The position numbers were made by a program, and so were the translations under genes. This document shows positions 10,188 through 18,351 of a stretch of DNA of 64,000 nt, piece after piece. The notes beneath the pieces are model-generated. The model ran no database searches, was not told where the DNA came from, and saw only the letters and a program-made list of their open reading frames with translations. Within the stretch, counting starts at the first letter, position 1. Every line of letters begins with the position of its first letter. This DNA is from Verrucomicrobiota bacterium (GTDB lineage: Bacteria; Verrucomicrobiota; Verrucomicrobiia; Limisphaerales; UBA9464). The stretch is from positions 84,106 through 148,105 of the forward strand of contig JAXMHR010000014.1 of the NCBI GenBank assembly GCA_046346705.1. Direction: 5' to 3'.

Positions 10188-10922
10188 ATGAAGCATCCCT
10201 ACCAAAACCTCTGGTCCCGCATCGCCTTCTGCGTGGAGCGAAACGGGGCCGCGGAGGTTTTCCTGATCCCGCTTCGCATGGCGGCGAGTCCGCTGCTCGT
10301 GCCCGTGCTCCCCCGGCATGGTTTTGTGTATGGCGGGCGGACTCTGACGCCGTTTTATCACCGGTACAATGTCACCTGGGCCAACGAGCGGATGCTGGAG
10401 ATCCCCATCGCCCGTTCCTTTCTGGAGGGGGTTTCACCGGATGAGGTTCTCGAGATCGGCAATGTGCTTTCCCATTACGATCCGGTCCGCCACGCAATCC
10501 TCGACAAATTTGAGCAGGCTCCCGGAGTGATCAATGAGGATGCGCTGACCTGGGAACCGGGCCGCGCCTTTGAACGGATCCTTTCCATTTCCACGTTTGA
10601 GCACATCGGATTCGACGACGACGACAAGGACCCCACCGGACAGCGGATCCTCGACGCCCTGCGTCGGACCCGTGGATTCCTGGCTCCGAAGGGTCGCCTC
10701 GTGATCACCGCGGCTTCGGGATACAATCCCGCGTTTGACGGCCTCGTCCGGGGAAACCGCTTTGGCTCGGACCGCTGCCAGCTCTACCACCGGTCGTCGC
10801 GGCTGGTCTGGGAGCCCTGTTCGGAGGAACGGTACCTGGGGACGCAGTACAATGCCCCGTACGCCTTTGGGAACGCGCTCGTCGTCGCTGAATTTGGACC
10901 CTTGCAAGGAACTGCCGCATGA
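10188..10922 (+). CDS. methyltransferase-fold-like protein (degenerate Gly loop), paralog of 11545..12258
   Basis: Start moved to MKHPYQNLW (ATG 10188) by alignment with the paralog. Shared blocks YN(V/M)TW..ERM(L/I)EIPI, VLEIGNVLSHY, ISISTFEHIGFDDD, GRL(V/I)IT...GYNP, YGNALVVAEFGP. Stop overlaps the next start (ATGA). Confidence 0.55.
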   Translation: MKHPYQNLWSRIAFCVERNGAAEVFLIPLRMAASPLLVPVLPRHGFVYGGRTLTPFYHRYNVTWANERMLEIPIARSFLEGVSPDEVLEIGNVLSHYDPVRHAILDKFEQAPGVINEDALTWEPGRAFERILSISTFEHIGFDDDDKDPTGQRILDALRRTRGFLAPKGRLVITAASGYNPAFDGLVRGNRFGSDRCQLYHRSSRLVWEPCSEERYLGTQYNAPYAFGNALVVAEFGPLQGTAA

Positions 10923-11518
10923 CCACACCCACTCCGGAGACTGCCCCGGATGCCCGCCGCCTCAACATCGGGTGCGGTCTCGACCTGCGTCCCGGCTGGG
11001 TCAATCTCGACATGGTCGATTACGGCGGGAATACCGTGTGCGATCTGAACCGGTATCCGTGGCCATTCCCGGACTCCCACTTTGATGAAGTCCTGGCGAG
11101 TCACATTCTGGAGCACATGGGGAATTTCAACTCCGTGATCACGGAGATCTGGCGGGTGTCCAAGCCGGGCGCGCTGGTCGTGGTCCGCGTCCCGTTTTTC
11201 CTCAGCACCAAGTACTACTCCGAGCCGGATCACCGCATCCCGTTCGGTATCCGGTCGTTTGACAATTACGAGGATTTCTCACACCGGCGGCTCCGGTTCT
11301 ACGAGCGGTGGAAGGCTGGTGACCGAACCAATTACGGTTCACCAGCTCGATACATCGTAGAAAGTAAGCGGTTTCACTTTTCGAATTTTAGAGTCCTGCG
11401 ATGGCTGGATCACTTTATCAATCTGGAGCCCGTCATTTATGAGCGGTTTCTGGCGACCTTGTTGACCCCAGAAGAGGTTTGGTTTCGGCTTCGGGTCGCG
11501 AAATCGCCCATCAGGTGA
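10919..11518 (+). CDS. class I SAM-dependent methyltransferase (Methyltransf_11/23-like)
   Basis: 199 aa. LNIGCGLDLRPGWVNLDM motif I, ASHILEHM, GALVVVRVP. 4-nt overlap with the upstream gene. The 3' third is visibly AT-richer. Confidence 0.75.
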   Translation: MTTPTPETAPDARRLNIGCGLDLRPGWVNLDMVDYGGNTVCDLNRYPWPFPDSHFDEVLASHILEHMGNFNSVITEIWRVSKPGALVVVRVPFFLSTKYYSEPDHRIPFGIRSFDNYEDFSHRRLRFYERWKAGDRTNYGSPARYIVESKRFHFSNFRVLRWLDHFINLEPVIYERFLATLLTPEEVWFRLRVAKSPIR

Positions 11519-11544
11519 TCTGTGAGCATCGGTTTTGCTTACTA

Positions 11545-12258
11545 TCAGGGGCCGAATTCAGCAACCACTAGGGCGTTTCCGTAGGGAAATTTAGATCGAT
11601 AGGGCGCGTTGAATGCGTCGTCGGAGTTGCACTCCCTCCATTCCCTCGCTGCGGTTCTGACCATGAAGTCCAGCCTTTCGGCTTCAAACAGCCCTTTCTG
11701 GACCGCGGAATCCAGCTCCGGATTGTAGCCTGTCGGAAATGTGATGATCAAACGCCCTGACTTGGTGAGGAGGGAACGGCAATGCTGGATGGCCGAGGCA
11801 ATTTTTGATCCGGAGGAGCCATCGTTATCGTCGTCGAAACCGATGTGCTCGAAGGTGGAAATTGAGATGATCAGGTCGAATTGATTCTTCGGATTGAAGC
11901 TCAGAATGTCTGAGTTGATGACGTTAGGAGCCTTTTCGTATTTGTCGACGATCGCGTGTTGAGTAGGTCCGTAGTGGGAAAGGACATTTCCGATCTCCAG
12001 GACTCGATCCGGTTCGTGCTGAGCCACGAGAGCTCTTCCGATGGGGATTTCGATCATTCGTTCCCCAACCCAAGTCATATTGTATTTCGCAAAGAACGTA
12101 TTGAAACGCTGACCGCGAAATTGGAATTGGGTCGGGGAAAGTTTCGGGATTATCCAGTCGGCGAAAATCAATCGGAGGGGTTTTAGGGCAACTTCGCGCA
12201 CGCCAAAGCGCTTAATGAACCAAACGATTCGGGCCACTTTCGTGCTGTAGAGGTTCAT
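11545..12258 (-). CDS. methyltransferase-fold-like protein, low-GC paralog of 10188..10922
   Basis: ORF track 11545..12459. Start moved to MNLYSTKVARIVW (ATG at 12258) because the upstream extension overlaps the neighbouring gene and is unmatched in the paralog. Same conserved blocks as 10188..10922. Confidence 0.55.
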   Translation of the reverse strand: MNLYSTKVARIVWFIKRFGVREVALKPLRLIFADWIIPKLSPTQFQFRGQRFNTFFAKYNMTWVGERMIEIPIGRALVAQHEPDRVLEIGNVLSHYGPTQHAIVDKYEKAPNVINSDILSFNPKNQFDLIISISTFEHIGFDDDNDGSSGSKIASAIQHCRSLLTKSGRLIITFPTGYNPELDSAVQKGLFEAERLDFMVRTAAREWRECNSDDAFNAPYRSKFPYGNALVVAEFGP

Positions 12259-12361
12259 TTTGTCTGGTCGCAGGGTTGCAGCATGATGGTCCGGTTCGCG
12301 AGACGAAAATGCTGCCGAAGGAGAACCTTCGGCAGCATTACGAGTGGTATGCAGAGGAGAT

Positions 12362-13666
12362 TTAGGGCAGTTGAACGAGTCGGAACAGTCTGGTGCCCTT
12401 ATCCCGGGTGCTGACGAGTATCGTGCCTTCAGCGCCGCTTCCGACGAAGGGGTCTCCATATGGCTTCCAAGAGGATCCCGCGAGGTCCTCGCGCCATTCG
12501 ACCTGAAGCCGTTTTCCAGCGACTGTTTGCCACACCAACTCGATTGCGGGTACTGCTTGGATGGGGTGGGTGATTGGATCTGCGAAGCCGTCGAGTTCCC
12601 AAATCCGGGGGGCGCTCCAGAATCTGACGCCGGTATCCACGAATTCAGCGCGATACTCCCGGGCGATAGGACCTGCGACCGTCGATGAGAGAATCAGTCG
12701 GGTATCGAAGTCCTCGAATGTATACGGATGGCTCGGAGAGAAGTCATAGAGCACCGTGTCGAAGGTTTGAGACCCCTGCGATTTTGCGAGAAGTCGAAAG
12801 CGGTCAAACTCCCGGCCATTGAGGAAGGTTGGGCCGTCCCCTTGGGCACGAAGATAGATGGATCGAACTCGAACAGGTTCCTTAGTGGCCCATTCAATGA
12901 AGTGAACGTAGCCGGCAGAGTGGCCATCTTCGAATGTGAAGGTCGTCATCCCGTCTGCGTTGGGAAACAGTCCGCCAAACATATTTTCAGGACGGAACGT
13001 AGCATCAGCCTGGCCGCTGATACCTGTAATGGTCGTTCCCTGACTAAGGTCCCATAGATCGCCTTTAGATCCGAAATCATAGGGTGGGCCAAACCCGTCG
13101 AGTTCCCAAATTCGAGGAGCACTCCAATATCTCACACCGGTGTCCACGAACTCTGCCCTGAACTCCTGCGCGACGACTGGAGGGAACTGGGCAGCCAAGA
13201 CGAGGCGGGTCGAAAAGTCGGTGAAGGAGAACGGATGCGTCGGGGTGTACTCGTAAAGCAGGATATCGAAATTCGTCGAACCGATAGACTTTGCGAAGAG
13301 CCGGAATTTGTCGAATTCGCGGCCGTTCAAATAAATCGGGCCGTCGCCTTGGCTTCTCAGCTCGAACGAAGCTACCCCAACGGGCGCGGCAGTCTTCCAT
13401 TCGATGAAGTGGACGTACCCTGCCGGTCTCCCGTCCTCAAAGGTAAAACTGTGCCGACCGTCTGCATTGGGGAAGGTGCCTCCGAAGGCATTTTCGGGAC
13501 GAAATGACAAATCAGCCTGTCCGCTGATTTTTGTGATCACCGTTCCTTGACTTACATCCCAGAGATCTGTTTTGGATCCAAAATCCAAATCATCGGTTTG
13601 TGCCGACAGGATTGATGCTCCGGAAAGCAAGAAAGCTAACCAGGAACAATTTTTAAAAAGATTCAT
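12362..13666 (-). CDS. secreted protein with two tandem ~167-aa domains plus a C-terminal FFR-type module; function unknown
   Basis: Start moved to MNLFKNCSWLAFLLSGASILSAQ (signal peptide, ATG at 13666). Repeat 1 is at nt 13088-13588 and repeat 2 at nt 12581-13078. C-terminal IELVWQTVAGKRLQVEW...SSWKP...TRLFRLVQLP. Confidence 0.7.
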   Translation of the reverse strand: MNLFKNCSWLAFLLSGASILSAQTDDLDFGSKTDLWDVSQGTVITKISGQADLSFRPENAFGGTFPNADGRHSFTFEDGRPAGYVHFIEWKTAAPVGVASFELRSQGDGPIYLNGREFDKFRLFAKSIGSTNFDILLYEYTPTHPFSFTDFSTRLVLAAQFPPVVAQEFRAEFVDTGVRYWSAPRIWELDGFGPPYDFGSKGDLWDLSQGTTITGISGQADATFRPENMFGGLFPNADGMTTFTFEDGHSAGYVHFIEWATKEPVRVRSIYLRAQGDGPTFLNGREFDRFRLLAKSQGSQTFDTVLYDFSPSHPYTFEDFDTRLILSSTVAGPIAREYRAEFVDTGVRFWSAPRIWELDGFADPITHPIQAVPAIELVWQTVAGKRLQVEWREDLAGSSWKPYGDPFVGSGAEGTILVSTRDKGTRLFRLVQLP

Positions 13667-13769
13667 CAGGTGATCAGGTGAAGGTTTGGTACTGCTTGAG
13701 TTTGTAGCTGTCTGGCTACGTGGGACGTTGACGGTTGTCAAGATTGATTCAGTTCCGGCGTTTCATCTT

Positions 13770-14588
13770 TCAGTGTTGTATTGGATTTTTCTGCTTCAAT
13801 GTCTTCTTGAACGCTGCGAGTCCTCCGAACAGCAATCCATAAACAAACCCGCAGAGGTGGACGAGGACGTCGGAGTTCTCGTTGGTCCCGGTCATGAGGA
13901 AGAGCAGGGCGCCTGTGCCGAGGCTGCTGAGGATGACGCGCGTTCCGCGGCGTCCCGCGGTCCAGAGGGGGATGGATTGGGCCGCAATCATTCCCAGGGC
14001 GCCCATGACCATGCCGGAGGCGCCGAGGCCGACGTAGGGTTCCGGACGGAGCATCATGGCCGTCAGGTTGGCCAGGGTGCCGGAGAGGAATGCGCCCGCG
14101 AGGGCGGTGACCGCCCCGAACCGCGCCATGGCCAGTCCGAGGAAAACGACGCCGAGGGCCACATTGGATGCAAGGTGTCCGAAGTCGCGATGCAGCCAGG
14201 TCGCGGTGAAGGCGCGCCACCACTCCCCCTGGCGGACGGCCCGGGTGTCGAACAAGCCCTGTTCGAAGGCATCCTGAACCAGAAACACCCCGGAAACCGC
14301 GAGGGCCCAGAACAGGGCGCGGGCGTCGTAGAGCAATTCGGATCCGGGAAGTTCGCGGTGCCATCCGATCCCCCGGTTCTCCCGTCGATACTGGGCGATG
14401 GCGGCCTCGGCGCGGGCCTGGTCGGCGGGTTCGACGTGGAGCAGCCAGGCGCCCTCGGGCTCCCGGTCGAGCTGGACCCCGATGCCCTGGCTGGCCAGCA
14501 CGAGCGACCAATCCATGGCCTGCCGTTCGGTCCGCGCGGGAATCGTGGCCAAGGTCTGTTCCGCCTCGATCACCCGCCGAACCTTCAT
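13770..14588 (-). CDS. rhomboid family intramembrane serine protease
   Basis: 272 aa. WRAFTATWLHRDFGHLASN (rhomboid HxxxN region), catalytic GASGMVMGALG, later His in VLVHLCGFVYG. Multiple TM helices. Confidence 0.8.
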   Translation of the reverse strand: MKVRRVIEAEQTLATIPARTERQAMDWSLVLASQGIGVQLDREPEGAWLLHVEPADQARAEAAIAQYRRENRGIGWHRELPGSELLYDARALFWALAVSGVFLVQDAFEQGLFDTRAVRQGEWWRAFTATWLHRDFGHLASNVALGVVFLGLAMARFGAVTALAGAFLSGTLANLTAMMLRPEPYVGLGASGMVMGALGMIAAQSIPLWTAGRRGTRVILSSLGTGALLFLMTGTNENSDVLVHLCGFVYGLLFGGLAAFKKTLKQKNPIQH

Positions 14589-14722
14589 GGGCGGGGAGAA
14601 ACGTGCAAATGAAGTCTTGGGGCGGGTCCGGTGATTCCGGGGAATGATCTCCGGGGTTCGGCGGATCGGTCCGCAAGAATTCCGCTTGGCGTTCCCGGAG
14701 ACTGTGCTAGTCAGGAGGCGCC

Positions 14723-15454
14723 ATGCAGACTTCCAATCCTGTCTTTCGAAACGATCCCTTTACCAAGGCCCCGGCGATCGGCGCCGCGATGACTGTCGGT
14801 GGCTCGGTGTGGAAGACCTTTTTCCTTCTGATGCTCGCGGTGGTGACCGCATCGGCCACCTGGGTGATTTATGCGAGCGGGCAGAATCTGGCGATTCCCG
14901 CCGCCGTGGGTGCTGCGTTTCTCGGCTTCATTCTGGCCATGGTCATCAGTTTTAAGCCGACCTGGGCCGCCGTGCTGGCGCCGGTGTACGCGCTGGTGGA
15001 AGGCGTTTTCCTCGGGGGAATCACGGCCATCATGAATCAACGGTATCCCGGAATCGCCCTGGCGGCGGCCGGTGGAACCGTAGCCACGCTCGCGGCCCTG
15101 CTCTTCGCCTACCAATCCGGACTGATCCGCGCGACCGACAATTTCAAGCGCGGGGTCATTGCCGCCACCCTGGGCATCGCCCTGTTCTACATGGTCGCCA
15201 TGGTGCTCCAATTGTTTCATGTCCAGATCCCGGGCGTCTTTGGCTCGGGATTGATTGGCATTGGATTCAGCGTTTTCGTGGTGGCGATCGCCGCGCTGAA
15301 CCTGGTTCTTGATTTCGACCGGATTGAACAGGGTGCCCGCGAAGGTGCCCCGAAGTACATGGAGTGGTACGCGGCGTTCGGGTTGATGGTCACCCTGGTG
15401 TGGCTGTACATCGAGATCCTGCGCCTGCTGGCCAAGCTGTCGGATCGCCGGTAA
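14723..15454 (+). CDS. Bax inhibitor-1/YccA-like membrane protein
   Basis: 243 aa. MQTSNPVFRN N-terminus typical of the BaxI_1-type family. About 6-7 TM helices. C-terminal charged tail. Confidence 0.65.
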   Translation: MQTSNPVFRNDPFTKAPAIGAAMTVGGSVWKTFFLLMLAVVTASATWVIYASGQNLAIPAAVGAAFLGFILAMVISFKPTWAAVLAPVYALVEGVFLGGITAIMNQRYPGIALAAAGGTVATLAALLFAYQSGLIRATDNFKRGVIAATLGIALFYMVAMVLQLFHVQIPGVFGSGLIGIGFSVFVVAIAALNLVLDFDRIEQGAREGAPKYMEWYAAFGLMVTLVWLYIEILRLLAKLSDRR

Positions 15455-15525
15455 TTGAGGACCGCGTATTCCTGACGTCCGGTTTCCCCGCAAATCCTTC
15501 AATCCCCACCTTAGGGAGGTTCCCC

Positions 15526-16230
15526 ATGATCCAGCCCCTGTTGAATCTGATTCCCGGCCGAAAGGCCCTGTGCGGAATTGCCGTCACGACACTGCCGCTG
15601 CTGGCCCAGGCCCAGATCCCGAATTACTTCGCGCCGGGAGGCGGGGACCGCGCGGGTTCCTGGGAGACTTATGTCGCGCTGGGAGGCATGTCTCCCCGGG
15701 GCATCAACTATCAGAACGTCGGGGGCACCGGCGACAACGTGGATGTGTCGGTGGACACGTTTTTCCGCGGTGGCGTGGGCGTGGGCTACAACATCAACCA
15801 GTTCTGGAACGTCAACTTTGAGCTCACCGTGGGCGCCCCGAATTTTCAGGCCACCGGGTCTGTTCTCGGGGATACGGTCAGTGACACCGTGTACATCGGC
15901 ACGGGAAAACTGAACCTCGACTGGAACATCCTTCCGGGAAACATCACCCCGCTGGTGACCGGCGGCGTGGGCTTCGTGACGCTGACGGTGAACGATCCCA
16001 ACAGCGGCATTGTGTGTTACCCCGACTATTGGTGGGGGACCGTGTGTTACGAACAGACCAAGACGGAGGCGGCCTTTACCTGGAATGTGGGCGCGGGTCT
16101 CCGGGCCAACTTCAAGTACGGCATCTTCGTGAAGGCCGTAGCGGGGGTGGAATGGTGGCTGCTGGACGGAGCCAATGGCGTCCCGTACTCGATCTTCGGA
16201 ACCCTGGCGGTTGGGATGAGCTTCAAGTGA
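15526..16230 (+). CDS. outer-membrane beta-barrel protein (OmpW/opacity-porin-like)
   Basis: Start moved to MIQPLLNLIPGRKALCGIAVTTLPLLAQAQ (ATG 15526, GGGAGG 8 nt upstream). Alternating beta-strand pattern. C-terminal aromatic (…LAVGMSFK). Confidence 0.65.
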   Translation: MIQPLLNLIPGRKALCGIAVTTLPLLAQAQIPNYFAPGGGDRAGSWETYVALGGMSPRGINYQNVGGTGDNVDVSVDTFFRGGVGVGYNINQFWNVNFELTVGAPNFQATGSVLGDTVSDTVYIGTGKLNLDWNILPGNITPLVTGGVGFVTLTVNDPNSGIVCYPDYWWGTVCYEQTKTEAAFTWNVGAGLRANFKYGIFVKAVAGVEWWLLDGANGVPYSIFGTLAVGMSFK

Positions 16231-16254
16231 GGGGGAGACGCAGGGTTGTCCGCG

Positions 16255-17565
16255 TCAGAAAACCCTTTCGGGAACTTCGACACGGTCGCCCGGTTGCAGG
16301 TCGAAGCGTTGAGCCATGGCTTGGTCCAGACCGACTTCAAGGGTCTTGCCATCGCGGTGGACACGAATCCGGTTTCGGGCGGCGTTTCGCGTAAGATCAC
16401 CGCTGCGGGCGATCAATTCGACCAGGTCCATGGTTCGGCCCACGGGAATGGCGATCATCCCCGGGCGCCCCACGGCCCCGATGACGGCGACGGCATTCGT
16501 GCCATTCGCGTAGGTCGGATCGGCGGTTCCGGCCACAGAACTTCCGGGACCCTGCGTTTTCGGGACGGGTTCCAGGAGCACGTCCCTCAAGTGAAGACCT
16601 GCAAGCTGGCGCTTCAGGGCGAGGAGTTCCCGGCGTGCAGTGAGAACGGCTTCCGTTCCCACGATGCCCTGCGACTTCAATTCCTCGAGTCGTTTGACCT
16701 GGAGTTCCGCGATGTCGATTTCCTGGCGCAAGTAGTCCTCCGGAGTTCCCCGGACGGTTTCGGCGGCGGACTCCAGATCTGACATGGATTTCTCCTCCTG
16801 CTTTCGCTGCAGGGCGAGCACCTGGAGACGCCGTTCCTGTCGTTCCATTTCCCGATTGAGCGACGCGGTGCGAAGTTCGAGCGACTGAAGGATCCCCTGG
16901 ATCTCCTGCTGCAGTTGGTGTTGAAGCGTCTTCAGGACGGCCTCCTCCTTGACGCGGTCCGGGTGCTGCGGTCCGAAGTCGTTGCGCAGCGTGGCGAGCC
17001 GGATCTCCGACAGGTGATATTCCGTCCGGAGGCGGTTCAGTTCCGGGGTTGGGTTGGCGGCAGCCAGTGCGCCGGACGCGTCGGCATCGGAAGTTGCGGA
17101 CAATGCGTTGGTGGCCAGAGTCCGGAGAGCGTCCAGTTCCGAAGATCGGTTCCTCAGCGACTGTAGTTCCGCGAGGGCCCGGTCGTGATCCCCCTGGAGT
17201 CGTGACAGGCCCGTGGAGGTGGAGTCCAGCGCGGAATCCCTGGAGAGGGTGATTGCCGTCAGGTTGGTCCATTCGCTGAAATCCCGGCGCAGTCTGCGAT
17301 AGCCGATGGCCGCCTCGTTGGTGCGGCCGAGACGTCGTTGAGCCTCCGCCAATCGGAACAGGGCGGTGGCCATGACACCCCGTTCCTCGTCGCCCAGTCG
17401 GACGGCTTCGGCATAGGCGTCCGCCGCCGCAACGAGATCGCGTTGAGCTTCCTCAGCCAGCAGTCCCCGCTGAAGGGCCTCGTGGATGGGGTCGGAGGCG
17501 TGGACGAAGGGAGCGGTCAGCAACAGCGCGGCGAGCGCGGCTGGATGTGGGACGTGTAGATTCAT
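16255..17565 (-). CDS. exported TPR/coiled-coil protein with C-terminal SLBB (beta-grasp) domain
   Basis: 436 aa. Signal peptide MNLHVPHPAALAALLLTAPFVHA. Long heptad-rich middle. C-terminal SLBB-like VAVIGAVGRPGMIAIPVGRTMDLVELIARSGDLT...LQPGDRVEVPERVF, as in polysaccharide-export proteins. Confidence 0.6.
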   Translation of the reverse strand: MNLHVPHPAALAALLLTAPFVHASDPIHEALQRGLLAEEAQRDLVAAADAYAEAVRLGDEERGVMATALFRLAEAQRRLGRTNEAAIGYRRLRRDFSEWTNLTAITLSRDSALDSTSTGLSRLQGDHDRALAELQSLRNRSSELDALRTLATNALSATSDADASGALAAANPTPELNRLRTEYHLSEIRLATLRNDFGPQHPDRVKEEAVLKTLQHQLQQEIQGILQSLELRTASLNREMERQERRLQVLALQRKQEEKSMSDLESAAETVRGTPEDYLRQEIDIAELQVKRLEELKSQGIVGTEAVLTARRELLALKRQLAGLHLRDVLLEPVPKTQGPGSSVAGTADPTYANGTNAVAVIGAVGRPGMIAIPVGRTMDLVELIARSGDLTRNAARNRIRVHRDGKTLEVGLDQAMAQRFDLQPGDRVEVPERVF

Positions 17566-17614
17566 ATCGGAGTCCAGTTCACCTGGGTTTGCGAATCCGG
17601 TTGTCAGGAAGGTG

Positions 17615-18325
17615 TCAAATTGCGGTGCCGATGCCTTCGGGTGCCCATTCCAGTTTGTAGCCCACCCCGTGCACCGTTTTGAGAAAGCGCGGATTCTCGG
17701 GATCGGGCTCCAACTTCGCCCGGAGTCCGGACATGTGAGTATCCACGGTGCGTGTGGTGGGAAAGGCGCCGACGCCCCAAACCACGTCGAGAAACCGTTC
17801 CCGGGTCACCGGCGATCCGGGGGTCGCCGCCAGCAGTCGAAGCATGGCGAATTCCTTCGCGGTCAGGTGCACGGTTCCCGACGGGCCCTGCGCCTCCATG
17901 CGGACGAAATCAATCCCGACGTCACCCAGTTGGAGGCGGTGCGCGGGTGTTCCCTGCGGTCCCGGGGTCCGGCGCAGCAGGGCGCGGGTGCGAGCGAGCA
18001 GTTCCTCCCCGCTGAAGGGTTTGACCAGATAGTCGTCGGCTCCGGAATCCAGTCCGCGGACGCGGTCCGTCACGAGCCCCTTGGCTGTCAGCATGAGGAT
18101 CGGAGTGGAACGCCCGAGCCGGCGCAATTCGGCGGCCAGCGCAAAGCCGTCCAGCCGGGGCATCATGACATCGAGCAGGATCAAATCGGGTTGTTGCTCC
18201 AGGGCGCGGGACAATCCCGTCTCGCCATCGGATGCCGTGAGGATGCGATGGCCCTCCCGTTCGAGGAGGTCGGTGAGGGCGGTTCGCAGGGCGAACTCGT
18301 CTTCGATGATGAGGATGCGCGGCAT
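17615..18325 (-). CDS. response regulator, OmpR/PhoB family
   Basis: 236 aa. REC (RILIIEDE, DLILLDVMMPRLDG, YLVKPF) plus winged-helix trans_reg_C (LTAKEFAMLRLL...VHGVGYKLE). Confidence 0.9.
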   Translation of the reverse strand: MPRILIIEDEFALRTALTDLLEREGHRILTASDGETGLSRALEQQPDLILLDVMMPRLDGFALAAELRRLGRSTPILMLTAKGLVTDRVRGLDSGADDYLVKPFSGEELLARTRALLRRTPGPQGTPAHRLQLGDVGIDFVRMEAQGPSGTVHLTAKEFAMLRLLAATPGSPVTRERFLDVVWGVGAFPTTRTVDTHMSGLRAKLEPDPENPRFLKTVHGVGYKLEWAPEGIGTAI

Positions 18326-18351
18326 GTCGGAGGGGGGGGGCGCGGCGGGAT

